NCBI GenBank assembly: GCA_022750195.1
Contig: JAKIWE010000006.1
Coordinates: 3,295 to 67,294, forward strand
Direction: 5' to 3'
Length of the DNA stretch: 64,000 bases
Source of the DNA: Thermoplasmata archaeon
GTDB taxonomy: Archaea > Thermoplasmatota > Thermoplasmata > Lutacidiplasmatales > UBA184
Positions within the stretch are counted from its first letter, which is position 1. Each line of letters starts with the position of its first letter. This document shows, one piece after another, positions 40,581 through 50,511 of the stretch. The notes beneath the pieces were generated by a model. That model searched no databases. It was not told the DNA's origin and was given only the letters and a program-made list of their open reading frames with translations. A program made the translations under genes and the position numbers.

Positions 40581-42485
40581 ATGAGTTTCGATACTCTAAT
40601 CCAGCAAACGCGTGAAGCGTTGAAGGAGGTCCTTCCCGACTCGATCGAGGTCACCGACATCGAGTTGGAAGGGCCTCACATCGTAATCTACACCAAGCAG
40701 CTCGACAGCTTCCTCTCCGGGGGCGACCTCCTCCGGCAGGTGGCGCAGCGGCTCCGTCGCCGCGTGCTCGTCCGTACCGACCCCGACAGCCTCATCGACC
40801 CGAAGGAGGCCGAGAGCGCGATCCGCGAGGTGATCCCGCCCGAGGCGGAGATCTCCGGACTGTTTTTTGAACCCGAGACCGGCGAGGTCACCATCGAGGC
40901 GGCGAACCCTGGGGCGGCGATCGGCCGCCAGGGTTCGGTCCTCAACGAGCTCAAACGTCGGATCGGTTGGGTGCCGACGGTCGTCCGAACGCCTCCGATC
41001 CCGTCGAAGACCGTCGAGGAGGTGCGGGTCCACCTCCGCAACGAGTTCGACGACCGACGGCAGTTCCTGAAGAAGGTCGGGATCCGGATCGCCCGCGACC
41101 GCCTCCCCGAGAAGATCTGGGCGCGGTCGACCGCGCTCGGCGGCTACCGGGAAGTAGGGCGGAGCGCCCACCTACTGACGACGCAGAACTCCAAGGTGCT
41201 GATCGACACCGGCATCGACCCCGGGTCGGACCGGACGCCGTACTTCAACGCCCCCGAGCTGCTGCCGCTCGACTCGCTCGATGCCGTCGTCGTCACCCAC
41301 GCCCACCTCGACCACTGCGGTCTCATCCCGGTCCTCCTGAAGTACGGCTACAACGGCCCGATCTACTGCACCGCGCCGACCCGCGATTTGATGACGCTGA
41401 TGCTGCTCGACGCGATCAAGGTCACGAACCAGGAAGCGCGCAAGGGGCTGTACGACTCCGGCAACGTCCGGAGCATGGTCACGCGGACGATCCCGCTCCG
41501 GTGGGGCGAGACGACCGACATCGCCCCGGACCTCCGGCTCACGCTGCACAACGCCGGCCACATCCTCGGCTCGTCGATCTGCCACTTCCACATGGGGGAC
41601 GGCGACCACAACCTCGCCTACAGCGGGGATATCAAGTTCGAGCGGAGCTGGCTGTTCAACCCGGCGGCGAACCGGTTCCCGCGCCTGGAGACGCTGGTGC
41701 TCGAGTCGACGTACGGCGGCTACCGCGACGTCCAACCGAGCCGGCAGCAGGCGACGGAGGAGTTCACGAGCTTCGCGGCGAAGGTGCTCGCCCGCAACGG
41801 CCACCTCGTCGTCCCGGTCTTCGCGGTGGGGCGCTCCCAGGAGGTCATGCTCGTCCTCGAAGAGCGGATGCGCGAGGGGAAGCTGGCCCGCGTCCCCGTG
41901 TACCTGGACGGCATGATCTTCGAGGCGACGGCGATCCACACCGCGTACCCGGAGTACCTCAACAGCCAGTTGCGCACCCAGATCTTCCAGCAGGGGGACA
42001 ACCCGTTCCTCTCGGACGTCTTCCACCGCGTCGACTCCTCCCAGATGCGGAACGGGATCGTCGACGGCAAGGAGCCGTGCATCGTGCTCGCGACCTCGGG
42101 GATGATGAGCGGAGGACCCGTGATGGAGTACTTCCGTTCGTGGGCGCACGACGAGAAGAACGGGCTGCTGTTCGTTGGGTACCAGGCGGAGGGGACCTTC
42201 GGCCGGCGCCTCCAGCGCGGCCTCAACGAATCGACGTTCATGGACGGCGGCCGCACGACCAACGTGCCGGTCCGTCTCGAGATCGCCACCATCGAGGGAT
42301 TCAGCGGTCACTCCGACCGCGTGCAGCTGATGAACTACGTCGCGACGCTCGACCCCCGGCCGCAGAAGGTGATCTTGAACCACGGGGAGGAGTCGAAGAT
42401 CCTCGACCTCGCGACCAGCCTCCACAAGCGGTTCAATATCGAGACCCGGGCGCCGTACAACCTCGAGTCCGTCCGACTTCTCTAG
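40581..42485 (+). CDS. beta-CASP ribonuclease aCPSF1 / transcription termination factor FttA
   Basis: N-terminal KH domains, LGGYREVGRS, THAHLDH, NAGHILGS, GFSGHSD, HGE. Confidence 0.96.
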   Translation: MSFDTLIQQTREALKEVLPDSIEVTDIELEGPHIVIYTKQLDSFLSGGDLLRQVAQRLRRRVLVRTDPDSLIDPKEAESAIREVIPPEAEISGLFFEPETGEVTIEAANPGAAIGRQGSVLNELKRRIGWVPTVVRTPPIPSKTVEEVRVHLRNEFDDRRQFLKKVGIRIARDRLPEKIWARSTALGGYREVGRSAHLLTTQNSKVLIDTGIDPGSDRTPYFNAPELLPLDSLDAVVVTHAHLDHCGLIPVLLKYGYNGPIYCTAPTRDLMTLMLLDAIKVTNQEARKGLYDSGNVRSMVTRTIPLRWGETTDIAPDLRLTLHNAGHILGSSICHFHMGDGDHNLAYSGDIKFERSWLFNPAANRFPRLETLVLESTYGGYRDVQPSRQQATEEFTSFAAKVLARNGHLVVPVFAVGRSQEVMLVLEERMREGKLARVPVYLDGMIFEATAIHTAYPEYLNSQLRTQIFQQGDNPFLSDVFHRVDSSQMRNGIVDGKEPCIVLATSGMMSGGPVMEYFRSWAHDEKNGLLFVGYQAEGTFGRRLQRGLNESTFMDGGRTTNVPVRLEIATIEGFSGHSDRVQLMNYVATLDPRPQKVILNHGEESKILDLATSLHKRFNIETRAPYNLESVRLL

Positions 42486-42559
42486 GTCGTCCGTACCAAG
42501 GCGCTTAAGATGGGCATAGGGGTAGGACTCCCCCGCTACTGAGGGAAGGTCCGCACGCG

Positions 42560-44068
42560 ATGCCGCCTCTACGCCGTCGATTCCTCGTCCTCGGCCTGGA
42601 CGGAGGGACCTTCGACCTCCTCAACCCGTGGATGGACGCGGGCGAACTCCCGTTCCTCGCCTCGCTCGTCCGGTCCGGGGCCTCCGCTCCGCTCGCCTCG
42701 GTCTACCCCCCCAAGACGATCCCGGCCTGGTACTCCTTTGCGACCGGTCAGGACCCGGGAAGCCTGGGGATCTTCGGCTTCACGGAGCCGGACGGCGGGC
42801 CCGGTCGCAGCCGTCTCGTGCAGACGTTTCGCCCGGCCGAAGCGGTGTGGGACCACCTTTCGCGCGTCGGCGTCCCCGTCGGGGTCCTGAACTTCCCGCT
42901 GCGCGCCGGCTATCCGCTCAACGGCTTCCTGGTCCCCGGCATGATCAGCGAGAATCCGCCAACGTTCCCCGAGACGCTGCGGGCCTCTCTCGAAGCCGAG
43001 CTCGGTGAACCGTACGTCCCCGAGCTGCCGGCGTACCGAAGTTCGGAGCGGGCGAGCTGGGTCGGACAGGCGACCCACGGCGTCGAGCAACGGGCGCGGG
43101 CCGCCGAGATCCTGTGCAAGAAGTACCGGCCCGACTTTCTGTTCGCTCTCTTTCGCGAGACCGACCGGGTCCAGCACCAGCACTGGGCTGAGCTCGCCGG
43201 TCCGCGGGACGGGGTCGGCCGCGACCTTCGCGAGTTCTGGCGAGCGGTCGACGTAGCGCTCGCGAAGATCGACGGCGCCTTCCGAGCCTTGGGGACCCCC
43301 GCGGTGACGTTGATCATCTCCGACCACGGCCACGGCCCCGCCCAATCCGACTTCTTCACGAACCGGTGGCTGGCGGAGGAGGGGTACCTCGTCTTCCAAG
43401 GACGCGGCAGCGGCCTTCGGCGGCGGTTCGTCTCGAGCGCCCTCCTGGCGGGGGAGAAGTGGGGACCGACCCGTCGGCTCCTCCGCCCGGTCGCGGACCG
43501 GCTGCGCGGGGGACCGAAGCGGGAGGCGTTCGGACGTCTGTTCACCGGGGAGTCGAGCTTCGAGGCGATGGCGCCCAAGATCGACTGGGGGCGGACCGTC
43601 GCCTTCTCCTACCCCGTCCCCGAAGGGATCTACCTGAACCGGTACAACACGAACCTGACAGCCGAGCGGTCGGCCGAGGTCGTGGCCGAGATCAAGCACA
43701 AGCTGCGGCACTACGCCGCCGCGCACGTCGAGGTCTTCGAGCCGAAGGAGGTCTACCGCGGCCAGAACTTGGCGAACGCACCGGCGTTGCTCATCAAGAT
43801 CGACGAGCTCGAGACGGAACTTCGGATGGACTTCAGCTACGCCAAGCCGATGCTGCGTGAACGTCCGGGATTCTTCTACGGCACCGGGGTACACCGGATG
43901 AACGGGATCCTCATCGCGGCCGGCGACGGCGTTCGCGCCGGTCGCCGCACGGCCCCTCTCTCGCTGCTGGACGTGGCCCCGACGATCCTCGAGGGGATGG
44001 CCCTCCCGGTCCCCGCGGCGATGGTCGGCCGGTCGTTCGCCCCCTGGCTGGGCCTAGGCCCGAACTAA
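42560..44068 (+). CDS. Alkaline phosphatase-superfamily (nucleotide pyrophosphatase/phosphodiesterase-like) protein
   Basis: GLDGG, TIPAWYSFATG, DRVQH, ISDHG, GVHRMNG, DVAPTIL. Confidence 0.88.
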   Translation: MPPLRRRFLVLGLDGGTFDLLNPWMDAGELPFLASLVRSGASAPLASVYPPKTIPAWYSFATGQDPGSLGIFGFTEPDGGPGRSRLVQTFRPAEAVWDHLSRVGVPVGVLNFPLRAGYPLNGFLVPGMISENPPTFPETLRASLEAELGEPYVPELPAYRSSERASWVGQATHGVEQRARAAEILCKKYRPDFLFALFRETDRVQHQHWAELAGPRDGVGRDLREFWRAVDVALAKIDGAFRALGTPAVTLIISDHGHGPAQSDFFTNRWLAEEGYLVFQGRGSGLRRRFVSSALLAGEKWGPTRRLLRPVADRLRGGPKREAFGRLFTGESSFEAMAPKIDWGRTVAFSYPVPEGIYLNRYNTNLTAERSAEVVAEIKHKLRHYAAAHVEVFEPKEVYRGQNLANAPALLIKIDELETELRMDFSYAKPMLRERPGFFYGTGVHRMNGILIAAGDGVRAGRRTAPLSLLDVAPTILEGMALPVPAAMVGRSFAPWLGLGPN

Positions 44069-44080
44069 GTCGGCCCGTCC

Positions 44081-45241
44081 ATGGCGGGCTGGCGGATCGA
44101 CCTCCTCGCCACGGAACCGGCGGAGACCACGGCGAGCGGGCTCAGCCGAACGGTCTGGGAGCTCGCCGCCGCCCTCGTCGATCGGGGCCACGCGGTCCGT
44201 GTCCTCTTCCCGGCCGACGCGCCGTCGGAGCGGCCCGACCACCGGGGGGTGGCGGCGGTCGCGGTCCCGACGATCGGCCAGGGTCGGCGGCCGTTCGGCC
44301 GGGACATCGCGATCGGCAAGAACGCGAGCGAACTCCTGGACCCGCGAGCGGACCTGGTCATCGGCAACGACGAGAAAGCGGGCGCGTTGAGACTCCCCCG
44401 CGGAGCCGGCGGGCGCCGGCCGGTCTTCGCCATGTTCGTGCACGACGTGGCGATGCACACCTTCGAGACGTTACGCCCGCTCGAGCCGGACCGCGGCTGG
44501 CGGCAGAAGGTCGGGAACTTCCTGGATCGGCGGACGCTGCGGCGCCTGGAGGGCACGGCCCTGGGCCGGGCCCGCGTCGTCCTCGTCGCCTCGGAGCTCA
44601 ACCGCGAGCTGCTCCGAAAGTACTACACGCTCACGGGCGACCGCGTCGCGCTGCTTCCGCTGGGGGTGCCCGACCCGATGGACGTCGGTTCGAAGGACGA
44701 CGCGCGGGCCGCCCTGAAGCTCCCCCGGGACGTGCCGGTCGTTGCGTTCATCGGGCGCAACGCCGAACGCCAGGGACGCGACACCGCCCTCGAAGCGTAC
44801 CGACGTATCCGGGTGTTCTTCCCGGGAGCCCGTTGCGTCATCGTGGGCAGCACCGTGCCGACGGAGGCCGGCGTTCTCTCCCTCGGCGTCGTGGACGAAC
44901 CGACGAAGGCCAAGGTACTGCGCGCCGCCGACGTCTTCGTCTTCCCGGCCCGGTACGAGGGCTACGGACTCGCGCCCCGAGAAGCGATGCGGTACGGGGT
45001 CGCGACGATCGTCAGCCGGAACGTACCGTTCGACGGTGCCAGGGCCGGCGAGACCCTACGCGTGGTCACCGACGACGACCCGGGGGCGTACGCCTCGGAA
45101 CTGGCCGAGCTGCTGGCGGACCCGGCGCTGCGTCGCAAGATCGGCGAGGCGGGTCGGAGCTACGCCGACAACTACAGCTATGCGAAGATGGCGGCGCGGT
45201 TCGAGGAGCTGTTCGCCCCTCTTCTCGGTCCGCCGAGCTAG
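44081..45241 (+). CDS. Glycosyltransferase family 4
   Basis: ADVFVFPARYEGYGLAPREAM (ExxGxxxxE motif). Confidence 0.9.
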   Translation: MAGWRIDLLATEPAETTASGLSRTVWELAAALVDRGHAVRVLFPADAPSERPDHRGVAAVAVPTIGQGRRPFGRDIAIGKNASELLDPRADLVIGNDEKAGALRLPRGAGGRRPVFAMFVHDVAMHTFETLRPLEPDRGWRQKVGNFLDRRTLRRLEGTALGRARVVLVASELNRELLRKYYTLTGDRVALLPLGVPDPMDVGSKDDARAALKLPRDVPVVAFIGRNAERQGRDTALEAYRRIRVFFPGARCVIVGSTVPTEAGVLSLGVVDEPTKAKVLRAADVFVFPARYEGYGLAPREAMRYGVATIVSRNVPFDGARAGETLRVVTDDDPGAYASELAELLADPALRRKIGEAGRSYADNYSYAKMAARFEELFAPLLGPPS

Positions 45242-45792
45242 TCGCCCGATTTCGGGGTCGGAAACTCCTCGAGGGTCCAATCGAGCGCCGGTCGCCGCCG
45301 GTGGGTGACGTGGGCCGCGTGGGCGGCCAGCCCCCACTCGAACCCCTCGGGCAACCCGCCCTCCTCGAGAGCGTCGAGGAACAGGCGGAGACGCGCCCGC
45401 GGTGCTTCGAAAGGGTCAGGCTCGCCCGGGTCGTAGAGCCGGAGGGCCGGGCGGACGACCTCGACCGACTCCCCCGAGACCACCCATACCCCGACCCGTT
45501 CGGGGCGGCCGGTGGCACTGCGCGCGAGCACCTTGTCGGCGAGCGACCGGCGAGGGAGCGCGACCGCGACCCAGTCGCCCCAGGCGCGACGCCGGAGCGC
45601 CTGGACGAGGACGGTCTTCCAGTCTGCGACCTTGAGCTCGACCAGACCGACCACCCCCTCGCGTCGCGCGACGACGTCGAGGAAGTCCGAACCGTCCGGG
45701 TCGACCCAGACCCGGTACCCCTCGCTCTCGAGGTGTCGCCGGACCGGCTCGGCGAGCGCCCGCTCGGGCAGGCGCACCCGCTGCGGCGTCAT
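45238..45792 (-). CDS. Putative PD-(D/E)XK nuclease, third gene of the mutS-mutL operon
   Basis: E-helix (PERALAEPVRRHLESEGYRV), DVVARR, VELK, downstream Q; ATGA overlap with mutL. Confidence 0.75.
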   Translation of the reverse strand: MTPQRVRLPERALAEPVRRHLESEGYRVWVDPDGSDFLDVVARREGVVGLVELKVADWKTVLVQALRRRAWGDWVAVALPRRSLADKVLARSATGRPERVGVWVVSGESVEVVRPALRLYDPGEPDPFEAPRARLRLFLDALEEGGLPEGFEWGLAAHAAHVTHRRRPALDWTLEEFPTPKSGD

Positions 45793-47582
45793 CCGCGCGA
45801 CCGTAGGAACCAGCTGTCGAGCCGTGCGCGCGGAAGTTGGATCAGGATCGGTCGCCCGTGCGGGCAGGCATAGGCCGCATCGGGGAGTGCGTAGAGCTGC
45901 TCGAGGATCCGGCCCATCTCCTCGGCCGAGATCCGCTCCCCGCCGCGGACCGCGGCGTGACAGGCGATCGTCGCCGCCGTACGCGCTTCGAATCCGTCCG
46001 GCGTCGTCGGCCGACCGCCTTCGCCGATCTCCTCGAGCAGGCCGGCGAGACGGTCGGCCGGGATGCGTCGGCCCCGGTAGGCGGGGACCGCCAGGACCCG
46101 CCAGGAGGTGCCCCCGAACGGTTCGACCGTGTACCCCGCCTTGCGGACCTCCTCCGCATGTCCCCGCAGCACTTCCGACTGGCGCGCGGTCAGTTCCACC
46201 CGGACGGGGTCGACGAGCTCCTGCCGGGCGAGCTGTCCGGTCGCAAGGAGGTGGTCGAAGATCACGCGCTCGCTGGCCGCATGCTGGTCGACGAGGACCA
46301 GCTCGTCCGCCCCCTCCGCGACCCAGTAGAGGTCGAACAACGAGGCGCGCAACACGAGCCTAGGATGGCGGGCGTCCGGTGCCACCGCCGTTTCGCCCGT
46401 CGCCTCCCCCAGCTGCCGCTGACGGTCCGCTGTGGCCGCCGGCGGCGAGGCGGACCGGAGGACCTGCGGTGCGACGGAGGGGGCCTCGCCGGGGACCAGC
46501 GTTGGCGCCCGCGATGCGGCGGGCGCTCCGGCCGCGGGCCGAAGGGCCGCGTGAGGCTCCTCCCGCAACGCTCGGCGGACCGCGCTCCGGAGGAATTCTG
46601 CCACGTCCCGCTCCCGCTCGAAGCGGACCTCGCGCTTCGTCGGGTGGACGTTGACGTCGACGCGCGCCGGGTCGACGGCCAACTGGACGGCCCCCATCGG
46701 GAACCGACCCCGGGGAAGATAGTCAACGTACGCTTGCCGGATCGCCGAGCTGAGCGCGCGCGCGACGATCGAACGGCCGTTCACCGACACCATCAGCCGC
46801 TGAGAACCCGACGTGCTGAGGACCGGCCGGCTCAGTTGGGCGGAGACCGCGAGGCCTTGCCCGTCGTCGGCTGCGACGGCGAACGACGCGACGCTGAACT
46901 CCGGGCCGAAGACGCGGTCGGCCGCCTCGCGGACCGAGCGGGCCGGGGGGAACCTTCCCAGCTCTCGATCGGCGGAACGGAGTTCGAGCCCCACCCCGGG
47001 GCGGGCGAGGTACAACCGCTCCAGCGTGGCGCGAATCTCGACCTGCTCGGTCGCCGGGGACCGGAGGAATTTGCGCCGGGCCGGGGTCTCCCCGAACAGG
47101 TCGCGCACCTCGACCCGCGTCCCGGCGGGACCTCCGGCCACGAACGACGAGCCAGGTCGGCCCGCCTCAAGGATCAGGCCGTGGGCCTCCGCGGCTCCGG
47201 GGGGTCGGGAGACGAGGGCGAGGCGGGCCGCGGCGCCGATCGAGGCGAGCGCCTCGCCCCGGAAGCCCAGCGTTCGGAGGCGGGGCAGCTCCTCGGCGCT
47301 GGTCAGCTTGCTCGTCGCGTGGCGCTCGACCGCCAGCGGCAGGTCGTCCGCGGCGATCCCCTGTCCGTCGTCGATCACCTCGATCCGATCGATCCCGCCG
47401 CCCTCGATGACGACGAGCACCTCCGTCGCACCCGCGTCGACGGCGTTCTCCACCAGCTCCTTGACGACGGAGGCGGGTCGCTCGACGACTTCGCCCGCGG
47501 CGATCGCGGCGATCGCCTCTGCGCCGAGCCGGTGGATCGACCCGGTGGCGGTGGCTGTGCCGGCCGCGCGCTCCACGGTCAC
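45789..47582 (-). CDS. mutL: DNA mismatch repair protein MutL
   Basis: IAAGEVVERPASVVKELVEN, GFRGEAL, DVNVHPTKREV, DQHAASER, ACH, CPHGRP; GTG start at 47582. Confidence 0.97.
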   Translation of the reverse strand: MTVERAAGTATATGSIHRLGAEAIAAIAAGEVVERPASVVKELVENAVDAGATEVLVVIEGGGIDRIEVIDDGQGIAADDLPLAVERHATSKLTSAEELPRLRTLGFRGEALASIGAAARLALVSRPPGAAEAHGLILEAGRPGSSFVAGGPAGTRVEVRDLFGETPARRKFLRSPATEQVEIRATLERLYLARPGVGLELRSADRELGRFPPARSVREAADRVFGPEFSVASFAVAADDGQGLAVSAQLSRPVLSTSGSQRLMVSVNGRSIVARALSSAIRQAYVDYLPRGRFPMGAVQLAVDPARVDVNVHPTKREVRFERERDVAEFLRSAVRRALREEPHAALRPAAGAPAASRAPTLVPGEAPSVAPQVLRSASPPAATADRQRQLGEATGETAVAPDARHPRLVLRASLFDLYWVAEGADELVLVDQHAASERVIFDHLLATGQLARQELVDPVRVELTARQSEVLRGHAEEVRKAGYTVEPFGGTSWRVLAVPAYRGRRIPADRLAGLLEEIGEGGRPTTPDGFEARTAATIACHAAVRGGERISAEEMGRILEQLYALPDAAYACPHGRPILIQLPRARLDSWFLRSRG

Positions 47583-50206
47583 CCGGTCGTCGCCTCCTTC
47601 GCCTCGCGCGCGAGGCGCTTGCGCCATTCCACGAGCCACTCGTGGGCCTCGAGCGGTGTCATCCGGTCGGGGTCGAGCGCTGCGATCGCGACCTCGACCT
47701 CGGAGCGCGTCGAGCCTTGCTCGGCGAGCAGGATCGCTTGAGTGTACCTCGCGCCTTTCCCCCGCGCCGTCTCCCCCGGGGGGACGGTCGAACCCGCCTC
47801 GAGGCGCTTGAGGAGCCGATCGGCCTCTTTCACGACCGGGGCCGGAAGGCCGGCGAGGCGCGCAACATGCAGCCCGTAGCTTCGATCCGTCCCGCCCGGA
47901 ACCAGATGGTGGAGGAAGACGATGTCGTCGCCGCTCTCCCGGACGGCCATGTGTCCGTTCGATGCGCCCGGCAAGGTTCGCACGAGCTCCGTGAGCTGGT
48001 GGTAGTGCGTCGCGAGCACGGTCCGGCATCCGATGCCGTCGTGCAGGTGTCGCAGCGTGGCCCAGGCCAGAGCGAGCCCGTCGAACGTGCTCGTCCCTCG
48101 ACCGACTTCGTCAAGGAGCACGAGCGACCCCGCGTCGCAGGAGCGGAGGATCTCCGCGACCTCACTCATCTCGACCATGAAGCTAGACTTGCCGCGGCCG
48201 ATCTCGTCCGTGAAACCCATCCTGGTGAACAGCGAAGTGACCACGCCGATTCGGGCGAAGCGGGCCGGCACGAACGAGCCGGCTTGGGCGAGGACGACGA
48301 GAAGGCCCACCTGGCGCATGTACGTCGACTTGCCCGACATGTTCGGGCCGGTCAGGACGAGCAGGCGTTGCCCGTCCGCATCGAGCTCCGTGTCGTTCGG
48401 GACGAAGCGGCCGGCGAGGAGCCGGTCGAGCACCGGGTGGCGGCCGTCGCGGATCTGGAGCCGGTGACCGTCGTCGACCTGGGGCCGGACCAGCCCCCGT
48501 TCCTGGGCGAGTCGGGCGAAGGCGAGGAGGGCGTCCAGCTCGCCCACGGCGCGCGCGAGACGGCTGAGCCGGGGGAGAAACGCCTCGACCTCGGTGAGGA
48601 ACCGCTCGAGCCTCGCGCCGTGCGCCGTCGCGCGACGGTCCCGGGCAGAGAGGATGGTCGACTCGATCCCTGCGAGCTCCTCCGTGGTGAACCGTTCGCC
48701 TTGGGCGAGCGTCTGCTTGCGCCGGAAGTGCGCGGGAACCCGCGCGAGGTTCGACTTAGAGACCTCGAAGTAGTAGCCGAAGACCTGGTTGTATCCGACC
48801 TTGAGCCCCCGGATCCCTGCGGCCGCCTGCTCCCGGCGCTCGAGCGCCTCGAGCTGGGCGAGTCCCGCCTGCTCCTCACGGCGCAGCGCGTCGATCGCGT
48901 CGTCGTAGCCGTCGCGGAACAGGTCGGCCGCGTCGATCGAGGCCGGGAGAGGGTCGGCGATCGCCGAGGTCAGAAGGGCCCGGAGCTCGGGGATCGGGTC
49001 CAGTCGTTCGTGGACCGCTCCCAAAAGCCCGAGCGGAGGGGGGGAGGCGAGCCAGGCTCGCAATCCGTCAATGAGACCTAGGCTCTCCCGAAGCGCGCCG
49101 AGCTCGGAAGCGTGGGCGCGCCGACCGGCGACCCGAGCGCCGATCCGCGCGACGTCGGCGAAGGTGCGGAGCATGCGAACGGCGACGGCGAGCTCGGTTC
49201 CCTTCTGAGCGAGCTGCTCGACCGCGTCCAGCCGCTCGTTGATCGCTGCGACGTCCGCCAGGGGATTGCGCAACCAGAAGGCGATCGTCCGGTGACCCGG
49301 CGCGGTCGCCGAGACGTCCCACGTCGCGAGGAGCGTAGGCCCGGAGGGGTCGTCCGGGTTCATCGGACGGACGATCTCCAGGTGTCGGAGGGTCTTCCCG
49401 TCGAGCGGAAGTCGACGCACGGTTCGAGGCACCGACCGCTCGAGGTACGGGAGGAGGCGTGGCTGGCTGGTTTGCACGTACGCCGCCAATCGGCCCTCCG
49501 CGTCGGCGACCCCGGCATCTTCGGCACCGGCGGCGGGATGCGGGCGGAGGGTGGCCGCACCGGCCGCCGCGGGGGCCGGCTCGAGGCGGGCATGGGGAAA
49601 TTCGCGTTGGAGGAGGCTCGAAAGGGCCGACGAGCTTCCTCGGGGGGTTGGCGGACCGAGGAACAGGATCTCCCGGGGATTGAACGGCGCCAAGGTGGCC
49701 ACAGCAGATTCCGCTCCCGGGTGGGCGGCGACGCCGGAGAACCATTCGCCGGTCGTGATGTCGACGGCGGCGTACGCCGCCGGAGCGGAATCGCCGAGGA
49801 TGAGCACGGCGAGAAAGTTGTGGTCCGCCCCGGGGAGGATCCGGTCCTCGACGACGGTGCCGGGCGTGACGACGCGCGTAACCTCTCGCCGGACGAGACC
49901 CTTCGCCTGACGGGCGTCCTCGACCTGATCGCAGACCGCGACCTTGTGGCCTCGACGGATCAGGCGACCGAGGTAGGTCTCCACCGCATGGTAGGGAACC
50001 CCTGCCATCGGCGTCCGGTCGCCGGTGGCGTCGGGGGCGCGGGCCGTCAGGACGATCTCGAGCTCCTTCGAGAGCAGTTTCGCGTCATCCCCAAACGCCT
50101 CGTAGAAGTCGCCGACCCGGATCAGCACGAGGTGGCCCGGATACTGCGCCTTGACGCTCTCGTACTGCTCGAGGAGCGGGGTGAGAGCGCCGCCGCTGGA
50201 CGGCAT
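47579..50206 (-). CDS. mutS: DNA mismatch repair protein MutS (MutS1 type)
   Basis: GDFYE mismatch-binding motif, TGPNMSGKST, SSFMVEM, DEVGRGT, THYH, SYGLHVARLAG. Confidence 0.98.
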   Translation of the reverse strand: MPSSGGALTPLLEQYESVKAQYPGHLVLIRVGDFYEAFGDDAKLLSKELEIVLTARAPDATGDRTPMAGVPYHAVETYLGRLIRRGHKVAVCDQVEDARQAKGLVRREVTRVVTPGTVVEDRILPGADHNFLAVLILGDSAPAAYAAVDITTGEWFSGVAAHPGAESAVATLAPFNPREILFLGPPTPRGSSSALSSLLQREFPHARLEPAPAAAGAATLRPHPAAGAEDAGVADAEGRLAAYVQTSQPRLLPYLERSVPRTVRRLPLDGKTLRHLEIVRPMNPDDPSGPTLLATWDVSATAPGHRTIAFWLRNPLADVAAINERLDAVEQLAQKGTELAVAVRMLRTFADVARIGARVAGRRAHASELGALRESLGLIDGLRAWLASPPPLGLLGAVHERLDPIPELRALLTSAIADPLPASIDAADLFRDGYDDAIDALRREEQAGLAQLEALERREQAAAGIRGLKVGYNQVFGYYFEVSKSNLARVPAHFRRKQTLAQGERFTTEELAGIESTILSARDRRATAHGARLERFLTEVEAFLPRLSRLARAVGELDALLAFARLAQERGLVRPQVDDGHRLQIRDGRHPVLDRLLAGRFVPNDTELDADGQRLLVLTGPNMSGKSTYMRQVGLLVVLAQAGSFVPARFARIGVVTSLFTRMGFTDEIGRGKSSFMVEMSEVAEILRSCDAGSLVLLDEVGRGTSTFDGLALAWATLRHLHDGIGCRTVLATHYHQLTELVRTLPGASNGHMAVRESGDDIVFLHHLVPGGTDRSYGLHVARLAGLPAPVVKEADRLLKRLEAGSTVPPGETARGKGARYTQAILLAEQGSTRSEVEVAIAALDPDRMTPLEAHEWLVEWRKRLAREAKEATTG

Positions 50207-50356
50207 CGAGCTCCCGAGCGAGCGTAGGAGTTAACACGTTCTCAGCGAAGCTGAAACACCCTGCCACCACGGAGTCGTGTCGACGCGCGGAGCGTCGGCC
50301 AAACGGTCCCCATCCTAGAACTCACTCCCGTGCGCAGAGCCGCGCGAGGGGAGAGG

Positions 50357-50440
50357 CGCTGAGGGGGAGATTTGAACTCCCGTGGCGTTGCCGCCACCGG
50401 TTTTCAAGACCGGCGCCTTCCCGAGCTAGGCTACCTCAGC
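50357..50440 (-). tRNA. tRNA-Ser(UGA), intron-less
   Basis: GCTGAGG/CCTCAGC plus G73, anticodon arm CCGGT-CTTGAAA-ACCGG, long variable arm TGGCG-GCAA-CGCCA, T loop TTCAAAT. Confidence 0.95.
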
Positions 50441-50511
50441 ACCCTCGCCGCGCCGGAAGCCGTCGGCCGGTCCATTAACCTGCCGTCGGGGAGACGGTCC
50501 GGCGGGAGGAG

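Noticed and set aside
39853-42485. Proteasome beta next to aCPSF1 as a novel linkage
   Set aside because: This adjacency is a well-known conserved archaeal gene pair.
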